Virus record (IMG/VR): IMGVR_UViG_3300024999_000041
Location: 79,078 to 143,077 of that record
Strand: one strand, 5' to 3'
Source: a virus
DNA length: 64,000 nucleotides
Below the pieces are notes generated by a model. It saw nothing but the letters and a program-made list of their open reading frames with translations, did no database searches and was not told the DNA's origin. Positions 9,743-19,887 of this stretch are shown here, piece after piece. Within the stretch, counting starts at the first letter, position 1. Each line of letters starts with the position of its first letter. Both the position numbers and the translations under genes were made by a program.

Positions 9743-10345
9743 TTAAAAATTTTCAGATGTCCCTATAGATTTAGTTTTAGTACTACTTAATACTTTAACA
9801 GTTTTATCTTGTAATAAATTAACATCTTTATATATTAAACTTCTATCTGAAGTCATATCAGAAATTTTAAGATGCTCTTTTAAATTTGGATTGGTAGTTA
9901 ATATTAAATTAATATGTCTCTCATTATCCCTAGCAGATATCACAGGAGATAAACATTGTACTATCTTATCAAAACTATATATATCCCTTGGAAAATATAA
10001 CATTAAAATATCATTTTCTTTGGCATTATCATACTCATAATTTTTGGACATCATGTCATCCATTAGTTTTTTATAATGTCTAAAAGAAAATCCTTTAAAA
10101 TTAGGATACCCTGTATTACCTATATAATAAATATTTTTATGTACGACAAAAGAAGCAACTTGCATTAGAGTATCCGTGCTATTGGACTTTATAAAATAGT
10201 TATTTCCTCTATGTATCAAACTATCAAGAGTTTCAAACTTCTTGGGATTAGAAGTAACTTTTAAGAAATGCTTCATTAAAAACCCCATGCCCGATATATA
10301 AGCATTTCTATACTGTTCTTCCGTAATATTATTATCAAACGGCAT
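9743..10345 (-). CDS. Hypothetical protein (possible degenerate DnaC-like helicase loader)
   Basis: Adjacent to helicase; DILML...ISARDNE...ILTTN resembles a DnaC/IstB C-terminus but there is no Walker A. Confidence 0.35.
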   Translation of the reverse strand: MPFDNNITEEQYRNAYISGMGFLMKHFLKVTSNPKKFETLDSLIHRGNNYFIKSNSTDTLMQVASFVVHKNIYYIGNTGYPNFKGFSFRHYKKLMDDMMSKNYEYDNAKENDILMLYFPRDIYSFDKIVQCLSPVISARDNERHINLILTTNPNLKEHLKISDMTSDRSLIYKDVNLLQDKTVKVLSSTKTKSIGTSENF

Positions 10346-10406
10346 AGATAATATTCTCCTCCTCTTGAAATATATTATACCACAAATATATCTTTTTGTA
10401 AAGTGG

Positions 10407-11822
10407 TTACTTCTTTCTCTTGTAAATCCACAACATTTGTTCTTTAAGTTTTTTTATTAATCGAGCATTAAAAGAAGTCAATTCTGCTTTAGGAACTTCT
10501 TTGGCATTAAATACTTTTTCTGTTATTTCCCCATAAGAAGATATGAGTTCGTGTTTATATCTATCAACAGTTCCAGTTATCTTTCCTTCTACTTCTATAT
10601 CTGTAAGTATAAAATGAATTTTAAAATTAGTATGTTGGCTAAATAATCTTTCTATTCTTCCCTTAGCCTGACTAAAAGCCCCAAACCCAAACGGAATATT
10701 ATAAAAGAACATATTGTTTACAGATTGAAGATTCAAACTTTGAGAACCCGCACTTGATATTAATAAAACTTTTTTAGCAGGGTCTGAGTTAAACCACTGT
10801 TTAATTTCTCTTCTTTCTTTAGTATTAACTTTACCACTAATAACTCTATAGTCTATTCCTATCTTATCAAAAATAGAAGATAGAGTATCTATTGTTTCTC
10901 TGAAATGACAATAAGTTATAAGACCCTCTCTAAGAATAGGTTTAATAGCCATGAGATACAGTTTAAGTTTATTCTCGTCCTTGTCCACCACTTGTTGTAA
11001 ATCTATCAACCTAGTAGCATGTATCTTAGTATCCTTCGTTTTAAATAATCCCTCAGAAGCTTCTATGTAAGAATCTATATCCTTTATCTTAATAGAATGT
11101 TCAATATACTGAGTATCTTGTTCGGGATAATATTGAAAACATACGGGAGCTATAAGCTCTCTCAAAAGTTCTAAATTTTTATATCCCGTTATTTCTGGGT
11201 ACTGATGACCCGTTTGCCAATTCTTAATCATTTTAATTTCTACGAATGTATTAGTAAAAGCCGTTTTGTTTTTAAAAATACTTTTATCCAATATATGTAC
11301 GATATGAAATAAGTCCATTAACGAGGTTGTTAAAGGAGTAGCAGTTAAGAAGACAAGGTATTTAAATCCCCTCCTTATTGCTATCATACTCCTAGTCAAC
11401 ATAGCTTTAGGAGTTTTAAGCTTATGGGCTTCGTCCGCATAACAAGCCGTTCTAAATTTAGTTAGAAACTTAAAGAGTTTACTTAAATCTATTTTGTTAA
11501 AATTTTCATATTGAAGTAAAGCTATCTTAGAACTACCCTTAAAAAAATCTTCTATGTCTATGTCTGTTATTAAAATATCGGGTCTATAGTTAGTCTTTCC
11601 GTTAAAATCGTCTTGAACTTCCAACAATGCAGATTTAGTACATAGCACTAAAATCTTATCGCATAAATTATTATTTATTAAATCCATGGAAGACTTAATA
11701 ATAATTACACTCTTGCCCGTTCCCGTCTTCATACTCATCAAAGAAGCAGGTCGAGATGTGGAAAAATCCACAGCCTGTACTTGATAGTCTTTTAAAACTA
11801 TATCATCATTTAACTTTAACAA
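10407..11822 (-). CDS. SF2 (SNF2-like) helicase
   Basis: DYQ Q-motif, TGTGKS, DEAH, LTATP, SLNLQ, QAKGRIER. Confidence 0.88.
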   Translation of the reverse strand: MLKLNDDIVLKDYQVQAVDFSTSRPASLMSMKTGTGKSVIIIKSSMDLINNNLCDKILVLCTKSALLEVQDDFNGKTNYRPDILITDIDIEDFFKGSSKIALLQYENFNKIDLSKLFKFLTKFRTACYADEAHKLKTPKAMLTRSMIAIRRGFKYLVFLTATPLTTSLMDLFHIVHILDKSIFKNKTAFTNTFVEIKMIKNWQTGHQYPEITGYKNLELLRELIAPVCFQYYPEQDTQYIEHSIKIKDIDSYIEASEGLFKTKDTKIHATRLIDLQQVVDKDENKLKLYLMAIKPILREGLITYCHFRETIDTLSSIFDKIGIDYRVISGKVNTKERREIKQWFNSDPAKKVLLISSAGSQSLNLQSVNNMFFYNIPFGFGAFSQAKGRIERLFSQHTNFKIHFILTDIEVEGKITGTVDRYKHELISSYGEITEKVFNAKEVPKAELTSFNARLIKKLKEQMLWIYKRKK

Positions 11823-11839
11823 TTTCTATCCCTTATATA

Positions 11840-12274
11840 TTAGTATCCATTCCCGCATTGAAACACATACAATCCAGAACTTCTAAAGCTTTGAACACAT
11901 GAGCTACGGTCATCTATACAAAATAATATTTCCCCGTACTTTTCAGGTATGTCCTTAATAAGTTTTACTTTTATATCACAATCTTCTTCAGTTGTATTAT
12001 CGGGTTTAAGAATCAAGTCATCATGATATATGCTATATTTATTTAACCATTCTTCTGTTTCTTCCCTACTCTTCTCACTTCTAGCAGAAAGAATAATTAT
12101 GTTGTAGTCGCTTTTAAATCTCTCTATTATTTCAACTACTGGTTTACTAGGAACATCTGAGAAAGAAGCAGCTATATAAGCATCCCAATCTATGTCCCTT
12201 AGATAGTCCCTTTTTGAGTAATCGGCAATAGTTCCGTCAAAATCGAATACAATACATTTATTCTTCTTACTCAT
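11840..12274 (-). CDS. HAD-family phosphatase (polynucleotide kinase 3'-phosphatase-like)
   Basis: FDFDGTI, LSAR, IK, IDDR motifs. Confidence 0.85.
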   Translation of the reverse strand: MSKKNKCIVFDFDGTIADYSKRDYLRDIDWDAYIAASFSDVPSKPVVEIIERFKSDYNIIILSARSEKSREETEEWLNKYSIYHDDLILKPDNTTEEDCDIKVKLIKDIPEKYGEILFCIDDRSSCVQSFRSSGLYVFQCGNGY

Positions 12275-12821
12275 AGATTACTCCCCAATCCCCACATATT
12301 ATACTCTCTACCTGTTTATGCAAATCTTCTATAGAACCATCGTTCATTAGTATATAATCAAAGGAATAATCATCCAACTTACCTTCAGATATACTTTCTA
12401 CTAAAGGTACTCTAGGATTAATAACTCTTATGAGTTTAAATCCTTTTTCTCTTAAATGTTCTGCCTCGTTGAAAAGTCTTACATCCTCGCACACATATCT
12501 TAAGTTAGGGTCTAAATTCCCGAGGGCTATCTTAATCCACATATCGTCATTAATCATTCCTCTTCCCCACTTGCTACCCAAAGTAACAAGTAAGAATCTG
12601 GGGGTAACTCCTAGCTCTGGTATGATAACCTCTTTTAAATTACCATAAAGCATATCATAAATTTTAATTTTATCGTAACCTAGTCCTTTTAATATTATTT
12701 CAATCATATCTTTCATGGGCTCTGCAAACGTAAGCATATTATATTTATATTCTTTTACAAAATATTTAGCCGTTTCTGATTTTCCCATCCTCATCGCAGA
12801 AGAATATATACCCACATTAAA
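12267..12821 (-). CDS. Deoxynucleoside monophosphate kinase
   Basis: MRMGKS P-loop, FAEPMK, TPR..L..LG..WGR, DVR..NE, SE..LD; probable start is MFNVGIY with GGAG upstream. Confidence 0.85.
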   Translation of the reverse strand, partial: FNVGIYSSAMRMGKSETAKYFVKEYKYNMLTFAEPMKDMIEIILKGLGYDKIKIYDMLYGNLKEVIIPELGVTPRFLLVTLGSKWGRGMINDDMWIKIALGNLDPNLRYVCEDVRLFNEAEHLREKGFKLIRVINPRVPLVESISEGKLDDYSFDYILMNDGSIEDLHKQVESIICGDWGVIYE

Positions 12822-13731
12822 CATTAACACTAGCTCCCTTAAGTATGTCATAAAGAAAAACTTCAAATTGTCTTAGTTCATAATACGAGATTAAATCTCT
12901 GTTCGGGGTTCCCCTAAATAATTTATATTCTATTCTATTCTCTTTATCATTATATTTACGTAAGTCCATCAATTCCAAGTAGTTATCAACAACATCTATA
13001 ACATCCAAATATTTTTTAGCTGTTGCTTCCCACTTTGTTCCCTCAAAAGAATTAACTGCTTCTAAGAACTTCTCGGGTGTAGTAGGATTCCATCTCTCAG
13101 CAAATAACTTCTTAAACTCTGTCTTAACAAAAGGAACGGGAGCTTTTAAATTATCTGACTTATCCCCATCCAAAATTCTAAAGGATAATAGGTTCTCAGT
13201 AGAAACTCCGAATTTACTAAAAACTAAGTTATTATCTACAAATTTAAATCCTTTATCGTAATCGTTAGAAACTTTAAATATCTGAGATAATTGCCAAAAA
13301 TCTTTATCTCCTGAATAAATTATTATTTCTTCATTGCCTTTTTCTTTTAATTCAAAAGCTATGTTAGCTATAAGGTCATCAGCCTCACATTCCTCGTTCT
13401 TTGCAAAAGCTATATGGTTTAAGTTGGATAATATATTTACGATATGTGAAGTATCCATATATACTTTAGTTTTATCTTTGTCCCTATTAGCTTTATATTC
13501 TTCATTTATTTCTTTTTTAGAACATTTCCCATCCATCACAAAGATAACTTTATGCTCTGGATATTTTTTATATAGCCTCTCCACTAAAAAAGAAAAACCT
13601 TTTATACTTCCTACAAATATATTCTCTTCGTCTTTTTTAATGTAATGGTCCTTGAATCCAAAATGAAAACGATTTAAACACCACGAAAAATCTACTATAA
13701 TAAATTTTCCCAAAATTCCTCCTCTTAACAT
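12817..13731 (-). CDS. 5'-3' exonuclease (FEN/T4 RNase H-like)
   Basis: IVD, YKANR, EADD, SGDKDFWQL, GDKSDNL. Confidence 0.9.
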   Translation of the reverse strand: MLRGGILGKFIIVDFSWCLNRFHFGFKDHYIKKDEENIFVGSIKGFSFLVERLYKKYPEHKVIFVMDGKCSKKEINEEYKANRDKDKTKVYMDTSHIVNILSNLNHIAFAKNEECEADDLIANIAFELKEKGNEEIIIYSGDKDFWQLSQIFKVSNDYDKGFKFVDNNLVFSKFGVSTENLLSFRILDGDKSDNLKAPVPFVKTEFKKLFAERWNPTTPEKFLEAVNSFEGTKWEATAKKYLDVIDVVDNYLELMDLRKYNDKENRIEYKLFRGTPNRDLISYYELRQFEVFLYDILKGASVNV

Positions 13732-13734
13732 AAA

Positions 13735-14067
13735 TTATATTAAAGTCATAAGCACCTTTGCGTTATTGGGATTTATCTGATTGTATCCAATTATACCTAA
13801 TATCAAAAGTTCCTTTGATACACTTCCCGATACTAAATCAGTAAATAAATGAGACAGTACCCTCAAATCAAATTCAATGTCTGATTTATCTTTATCCTTA
13901 AACATTGGATTACCGTAAATAATATCTATTAGTCTATCGAATCTGTACTCGTTCAATTTAAAATATAGAGTACCACTTTTCTTATGAGGATATTCTCCCA
14001 TAAAAATATCTTCTTCTTTTAAATATTCTATATCTTCTGGCTCAAAAATAAAATCAGGTATAAACAT
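13735..14067 (-). CDS. Hypothetical protein
   Basis: 110 aa ORF at the head of the replication operon, downstream of a sigma70 promoter. Confidence 0.6.
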   Translation of the reverse strand: MFIPDFIFEPEDIEYLKEEDIFMGEYPHKKSGTLYFKLNEYRFDRLIDIIYGNPMFKDKDKSDIEFDLRVLSHLFTDLVSGSVSKELLILGIIGYNQINPNNAKVLMTLI

Positions 14068-14096
14068 ACTAATTCCTATTATTACTATTTAATACC

Positions 14097-14125
14097 ATTT
14101 TACCACATGAAATTATAAATGTCAA
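14097..14125 (-). promoter_or_regulatory. Sigma70-type promoter for replication operon
   Basis: TTGACA-17 nt-TAAAAT with TG extension. Confidence 0.75.
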
Positions 14126-14134
14126 TACCAAAGT

Positions 14135-14163
14135 AAAAAAAGAGCCGTAATTTCTTACAGCTC
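14135..14163 (-). terminator. Rho-independent terminator after endolysin
   Basis: GAGCTGTAA-GAAA-TTACGGCTC followed by a T-tract. Confidence 0.75.
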
Positions 14164-14191
14164 ATAAAAGGGTTGTCGGAGGTGGATTCTA

Positions 14192-14680
14192 TTAAATTTT
14201 ATTTACATTAGTGTATATGGGTTTACCTGCTTTATTAAAAACAGCTTTCATCTTTTGTCTTCTTGGAGTACCATTACATCTTCCTATATGAATCCAAGGG
14301 TTAGACGGGTTCTCGAATATAACTTGGTCTACTATATCCATCAATGGTTTTCCGTTAGATTGTTTAATGTTCCCCAAAACTATATCATTAAATAGTTGTT
14401 GTAAAGATACTCCTATGACATGAAAATCCGTAGCATTACCGCCCATGTGCTTAGAAGGTGGTTTTACACTTCCCCCCACCTTCTTATTAACTGCGGGACT
14501 TCTATACCCAGAAGTTATTATAAGAGGCTTATTGTAGTAAGCTCTTATAATATCCAAATAATCATTACATAAAATTATAGCATTATTTTTAATAGTACCT
14601 GTTGGAAGTGAATTATCTACTCCCCTAACCTGAGTTACAGTAAACTCCCTCTCGGATATGTATTTACTTAACATATTCAT
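14192..14680 (-). CDS. Endolysin, peptidase M15A family
   Basis: ITSGYRS...N..VGG...SKHM.G.ATD...WIHI. Confidence 0.85.
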   Translation of the reverse strand: MNMLSKYISEREFTVTQVRGVDNSLPTGTIKNNAIILCNDYLDIIRAYYNKPLIITSGYRSPAVNKKVGGSVKPPSKHMGGNATDFHVIGVSLQQLFNDIVLGNIKQSNGKPLMDIVDQVIFENPSNPWIHIGRCNGTPRRQKMKAVFNKAGKPIYTNVNKI

Positions 14681-14695
14681 ATTACACCTCTCTTA

Positions 14696-15769
14696 TTAAT
14701 GTCCAATTGCAAACCAATAGAAACCATCAGGATTCCCAGAACCGCCTCCCGAAGGATGTTGAGCAAATAGAGTAGCTCCCGTGGTAGACAAAGATACTAT
14801 TTGTAGTATCATATCTGAAGTAATATCAGCTATACTATTGCTCAGAGTTCCAGTGATATTTAAGCATGCTGTAGGAAATGCTTGGGGGAAAGTTATTGGA
14901 TAGGAACCTTCTGAAATAGTGGCAGAGTTAAATCCCCATTGCATTATTAAGCCATTAGGTAAAGTACAATATCCATCAGTTGTAAGAGAACTTGGGAATT
15001 GACTTATATTAACTACCTGATTTCCAGTAGTTCCGTCTGAAGCACTAAATAATTGAGTAGAGGAGCCAGCTATTCCAGCATAGGTTCCGTCTGCATATCC
15101 CTTAGTCATTGCATCTTGAGGATTAGAAGGATTATTGAGATTTATTATGTTGTTGTTATTAAGATTTAAACTTCCCGCCATGGCTACTGACCCATCAGTG
15201 AGAATAACGGGTTCAGCTAACATGTTGGTAGGAAGAAGACCTTGAACTTCTTCTCCTCCAGTTAGCATTACTTTAGTGGGATTGAATCCTAAAGCATTAT
15301 GTTTGTGTATCTGAAGGTCGTCCTGAGTTACATAAACCGTAGAAGCACTCAAATTTATTGTTACTTCGGGTAAATTTACTATTTCTATTAATAACTTCTC
15401 CCTAAAATCATATACGGCTCCTTCGCTCGGTACATTTTTATACACCTCTGGGTGAGCTGCTACACAGAATAGTTCATTGTTATCTGTAAATATTCCTACT
15501 TCTCTTATATAGAATCCTCCAACACTAGCAGGAACTATAGTTAAAATTTCTAACCATATAGCTACATTGCTATTAATATATAATGAAGTTATATTTTGTC
15601 TATATACTTCATTAACTAAATTTTGTTGGGATTGACTAGGATTTACATTAAATCCTCCTCCGTCGCCCCAAGCAAAGTATTTTAAATTGATAGGAGTTCC
15701 GTGAGCCAAACTTTCTAAAACTAAGGTTTGTCCTACAGTAGTAAGTATTGGATTATAAATAGTAACCAT
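14696..15769 (-). CDS. Tail fibre protein
   Basis: N-terminal tail-collar-like domain (LTTVG...GDGGG...EVYR...GGFYIREVGIF) and C-terminal GYCTLPNGLIMQWG...FP.AFP...WFAIGH. Confidence 0.85.
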   Translation of the reverse strand: MVTIYNPILTTVGQTLVLESLAHGTPINLKYFAWGDGGGFNVNPSQSQQNLVNEVYRQNITSLYINSNVAIWLEILTIVPASVGGFYIREVGIFTDNNELFCVAAHPEVYKNVPSEGAVYDFREKLLIEIVNLPEVTINLSASTVYVTQDDLQIHKHNALGFNPTKVMLTGGEEVQGLLPTNMLAEPVILTDGSVAMAGSLNLNNNNIINLNNPSNPQDAMTKGYADGTYAGIAGSSTQLFSASDGTTGNQVVNISQFPSSLTTDGYCTLPNGLIMQWGFNSATISEGSYPITFPQAFPTACLNITGTLSNSIADITSDMILQIVSLSTTGATLFAQHPSGGGSGNPDGFYWFAIGH

Positions 15770-15826
15770 AATTTGTATCCTCTATATGTAAATAACTTTT
15801 ATAATATATATATAAAAACCGTCCGC

Positions 15827-16534
15827 TCACCAATTCCATTTGGATGTATCCCAATCTGAAATATCCCAAATCATAAAATCTATTCCGAAATACCATTTTT
15901 TCTCATCCCAGTTAAACACGTCCCATATAAGGTATTCGGTGTCTGGATAAGCTGTATACATTAACGTACCCTGACTCGCAATTCCTATATAGTATGTAGA
16001 CTTGTCTAAAGCGAATTCTAAGGTAAGTTTATTTATAATAGGATAAATATAATTCCTAGCAAAATTTACTATCTTATCTACAACTTCAAAACCTCTAACT
16101 TTAGTAGGGCTAAAAGATACTAAATCCAAAGAAATGGTATGAGGCTCTCCTACTGGAGTTTGTTCATACCAATCAGATAATTCAAAATCTATATCTAAAA
16201 GTTTTAAAGCAAACTCAAAACCTTTTCTGCTCCCCTTATTGATATGTATAAAATTTATAAAAGATAAAAATGTCCTTACTGACTCTTCCTCTAAGTAAAG
16301 AGTATCTATTATATACCCGTAACCAAATTCATTAATCAGAGAATACACATCCTCCAAAGGAATATCTTTTAAACTTCTATATTTACTCTTAACAGAGTAA
16401 AATCTTTGAGCTAATTTATCAGAGTATGGATAATCAACACTAAGAAGCCAATCTACAGAGTCTGCAAATTGTTGCATAGTTTCTTCTTCTCTTCTATTTT
16501 CGGGTATCCATTTTCTTATTGAATGATTAAACAT
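15827..16534 (-). CDS. Baseplate wedge/fibre-attachment protein (P2 gpI-like)
   Basis: KGSRKG...L..L...DWYEQ..VGEPHT; position between wedge and fibre. Confidence 0.65.
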   Translation of the reverse strand: MFNHSIRKWIPENRREEETMQQFADSVDWLLSVDYPYSDKLAQRFYSVKSKYRSLKDIPLEDVYSLINEFGYGYIIDTLYLEEESVRTFLSFINFIHINKGSRKGFEFALKLLDIDFELSDWYEQTPVGEPHTISLDLVSFSPTKVRGFEVVDKIVNFARNYIYPIINKLTLEFALDKSTYYIGIASQGTLMYTAYPDTEYLIWDVFNWDEKKWYFGIDFMIWDISDWDTSKWNW

Positions 16535-16645
16535 GTCTTTATAAAATCCACCCTCCCGAATTCCTACCTATAATATAAATAAAAAACCGTTGATTGATGG
16601 TTCAACGGTCAAAACCTTTATACATCTCTTACCTTTGGTAAGAGA

Positions 16646-18757
16646 CTATACTATGGCTACATTGGTTTTAATTTTTATATATTCATTCCAATTATATTGG
16701 AATAAGATATTATCACTATCATAGTACTTCCAAAGGATACCTCCATCCTTAGTAAGAGTATCTTCCATAACTAAATCTCCTCCCACATTACTAGTAGGAA
16801 TAGGATTAGATACTTGTACTACGGTGTTACCACTAGATATTGTAGCTGAAATAACATTATAATATCCATCATTTCCGTTAGAACTCTGAACCCTCACTAC
16901 GTCATTAGGTAGAAAATGAGATGTCTTATCTCCAGAAACAGTAAAAGTATACGGACTAGAATTATTAACAGCTATTATAGAGTACCTATCTGTGGTTTTA
17001 AATAAGGGTAAAGAACTATTGGAAGAATCTAAAAACCCTACGCACTCATAAGAGAAATTACCAGACAACACCGAATCCCCTATTTGATAGTGATGATTAG
17101 CTTGCCAGTTTGGGTCTCCCTCTACCTTGGTCTTACATACCCATATTATGTCGTTGTCCTCGGTAAAATCACCTAGTGTGGTAGTAAATGTAGGAATAGA
17201 AGAACCAGAATACTTAACAATATCTACAAGCTCAAACATAACATCTATAGATAAAGCATTTATTAAAGTACCTTGAACTAAATCGCCCAATTTATAATAT
17301 CTGCTAGGGTACCATGTAGGAACTAGCTTACCGTATCTTTGTATACATTTCCATGTCATTCCATTATCTATAATTAAATCTCCATCAACATAAGACCAAG
17401 CGGGTTCTGTAGCTCCCGATTGTTGTATAAAATCAGAAGCCATATATATTTTTCCGTTATCTGGGGAGAGAGTTATGAAATCTCCCAATCTGTATTTAGT
17501 ACTATTGTCTCTAACTGTGGTATTAACAGTTACTCTGGTTCTTTTTATATAAGAAAAATTATCCATATCGTGTTCTAATTGTTCTAAATCAAATTCAGTA
17601 CTTAGAGATTTCTCATAAGCAGACATTAAAGAAGCTACATCACTTTCTACATCAGTTATGGCTATTACATTATTAAGATACTTTCTTAAGTTAAAATTCA
17701 ATTCTAATTTAAAATGTCTGGGGTCTGATATTCTAGGCATAGGAACTCCCATAGCCCTTCTTATATCCAAAGAACTAAGAACACTAGACTTCTCATCATC
17801 TGTCATAATAGTATAGTCATTCTTAATATAAGTCAAATTTACTATAGCTGGAGAAAAATCAGTACTATTAGTATCTGCAAAGTTATATCCTAAATTTCTA
17901 AATTCTTTCAAATAGTCATTTCTAGCTCTTATAAGTACTTGTGTTTCGTGATACAAAGGAGCATTTACCCTTATACTATCGTTACTCTCTGGAGCTATAT
18001 ATGGAAAAGTACTAGTTACTGAAGTTACGGAACCAAAGTCAAATTTAATATCTGATAGAGAATAAGATACGGTAGCTAACTCTATGTACTGAAGCGTTAA
18101 TGTATCTGAGGGAGAATATAAATAGCTACCCTCTTGTATGTATGAAACATCTACAGCTCCTAGAGGATTAGACAAAGCTACATACATATCGTTAAATAAG
18201 TCTTTAAGATTGCTACTGAGAGGAACTATTGTTCCATTCAATAGTATCCTTATGTAATCACTCACATTTTCAGATATAAATCTAAAAACTTTCAATTTGT
18301 CTGTGTCTACTATCAAATCTTCTGTTTTTAAATTACCTATATATACTTTGATAGTGGAAGCTACGTTTTTATTTAATTGTGTTTTATCTACTGTTATGAT
18401 TTCTAAGTTTTGTATAGTTCCCACTTGAGTGTATTCTGGAATAAATCCAGTAGTATTAGGTATTATATTTAATTCTATTATCTCATTCTTACCCCTGATT
18501 ACAGAATATCCTAAGTTCTGAGATATTCCTACCAAAGAAGTTCTATTTTGTGCATAAGTAATATAGTTCTCTCGTCTAGCTATGGTAACTAGATAAGATA
18601 TAAATGAAGCAAAAGCTGATAACAGTCTTATTAACAACCTACCTGTAGAAGATTCGTAAAAATCTTTCCACTTCTGAGATTGGGCTTGACTATTATAGTA
18701 CTCAGTCAAACTATCAAATATCTGAGAAAACGATAATGAATCTAATTTAATAACCAT
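16646..18757 (-). CDS. Baseplate wedge protein (T4 gp6-like) with C-terminal carbohydrate-binding-like repeats
   Basis: LSFSQI..SL..Y...W.DF..SS.G..LI.LL; AQNRTS; LGY; ESNDSIRVNAP; then repeated W...Y..GD.V...Y.C units. Confidence 0.8.
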   Translation of the reverse strand: MVIKLDSLSFSQIFDSLTEYYNSQAQSQKWKDFYESSTGRLLIRLLSAFASFISYLVTIARRENYITYAQNRTSLVGISQNLGYSVIRGKNEIIELNIIPNTTGFIPEYTQVGTIQNLEIITVDKTQLNKNVASTIKVYIGNLKTEDLIVDTDKLKVFRFISENVSDYIRILLNGTIVPLSSNLKDLFNDMYVALSNPLGAVDVSYIQEGSYLYSPSDTLTLQYIELATVSYSLSDIKFDFGSVTSVTSTFPYIAPESNDSIRVNAPLYHETQVLIRARNDYLKEFRNLGYNFADTNSTDFSPAIVNLTYIKNDYTIMTDDEKSSVLSSLDIRRAMGVPMPRISDPRHFKLELNFNLRKYLNNVIAITDVESDVASLMSAYEKSLSTEFDLEQLEHDMDNFSYIKRTRVTVNTTVRDNSTKYRLGDFITLSPDNGKIYMASDFIQQSGATEPAWSYVDGDLIIDNGMTWKCIQRYGKLVPTWYPSRYYKLGDLVQGTLINALSIDVMFELVDIVKYSGSSIPTFTTTLGDFTEDNDIIWVCKTKVEGDPNWQANHHYQIGDSVLSGNFSYECVGFLDSSNSSLPLFKTTDRYSIIAVNNSSPYTFTVSGDKTSHFLPNDVVRVQSSNGNDGYYNVISATISSGNTVVQVSNPIPTSNVGGDLVMEDTLTKDGGILWKYYDSDNILFQYNWNEYIKIKTNVAIV

Positions 18758-18766
18758 TTTATATAT

Positions 18767-19129
18767 CTAACCCCTAACTGTTTCTACAACTGAAAATTTT
18801 TCAGTAAATCCTTTTATCTTGAAATAGATAAAAGCTTTATAAGCATTATTATCTATGTCTGTAACAACCCTAGACATATTCATATCTAACAATACTCTAT
18901 CATCCCAAAAAGTTATATTATTTACTATATCCTGAAAAAGTATTATAGCATTTGTATCATCTATAACATCAAAAAGATAATCATCCCTCTCAAATCCAAA
19001 ATCTGGAAGATACAGTACTTCCGTCTTTCTGGTTTTTATTATACTACTAATACTCTGAATTACAGAATCTAAATCTATAACTTCAGGTCTTTTGTAGGAA
19101 TCATTAGCATTTATATCAGAATACAACAT
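18767..19129 (-). CDS. Baseplate protein, gp25-like
   Basis: YSDIN, SV.QSI..II.T.K.E....PDFG, WDDRV. Confidence 0.8.
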   Translation of the reverse strand: MLYSDINANDSYKRPEVIDLDSVIQSISSIIKTRKTEVLYLPDFGFERDDYLFDVIDDTNAIILFQDIVNNITFWDDRVLLDMNMSRVVTDIDNNAYKAFIYFKIKGFTEKFSVVETVRG

Positions 19130-19169
19130 TTATTTTCTCTTTCGTTAAACTTCTACATATAATATAAAT

Positions 19170-19886
19170 CTATAGAGGGGGAGAAGTTGTACCGCCTTGA
19201 GGGTCGATGTGTATATGACTTTTTCCAGATTTACCACTAGAAATATTATCATTGGCTGTAACAGTTCCAACAACATTAACAGCTCCTCCTATGTTGACAT
19301 CTCCCGATATATTAGTAGTGGTAGCTGTTATATTATATACAGTAGTTATTAAATCGGTGGTTCCATCAGGATTCATCCTCAAAACATTACCAGAGACTTG
19401 AAAAATATCTATCGTAGTATCTTGATGAATTTTAACATAGTTACCCGAAGGATGTAAAAATTCCCAAGTTTGTTTTTGTTTGTTGATTCTAAAGGTGGTT
19501 CCAGTAGGGTCAACAAACCCATAAGAATGAGGGTAGTCCTCATCAAAGGCAGTAGTTCTAGTTTCTAAAGAAGTAACCCCTCCTTTATAATATCCGAAAT
19601 AGGGGTCTGAGGTAGGATATTCAACAGTTACTTTAGTTCCTATATCTGGTACTGAAAACATTCCAGAGTTAGTACTATTGCCTAAAAATGAAGAGGGTAC
19701 CTGATTTATCCAAGGTAAGTCGTCGTCTGGAATATACTCAGACGTTCCTACAAATCCGTGATACTGAGGAACTCTAACTCTAACTCTACCTAATTTTAAA
19801 GGGTCATTATTGTCTGTTATAGTTCCCTCAAACGAAGATGTCTTTCTATTTTTATCTTTAAGCCATATAAGAGGTTTAGCTAACAT
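19170..19886 (-). CDS. Baseplate central spike (gp5/gpV OB-fold)
   Basis: NNDPLKLGRVRVRVP, LPW, VPDIGTKV, C-terminal HIH metal-binding tip. Confidence 0.85.
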   Translation of the reverse strand: MLAKPLIWLKDKNRKTSSFEGTITDNNDPLKLGRVRVRVPQYHGFVGTSEYIPDDDLPWINQVPSSFLGNSTNSGMFSVPDIGTKVTVEYPTSDPYFGYYKGGVTSLETRTTAFDEDYPHSYGFVDPTGTTFRINKQKQTWEFLHPSGNYVKIHQDTTIDIFQVSGNVLRMNPDGTTDLITTVYNITATTTNISGDVNIGGAVNVVGTVTANDNISSGKSGKSHIHIDPQGGTTSPPL

Positions 19887-19887
19887 A

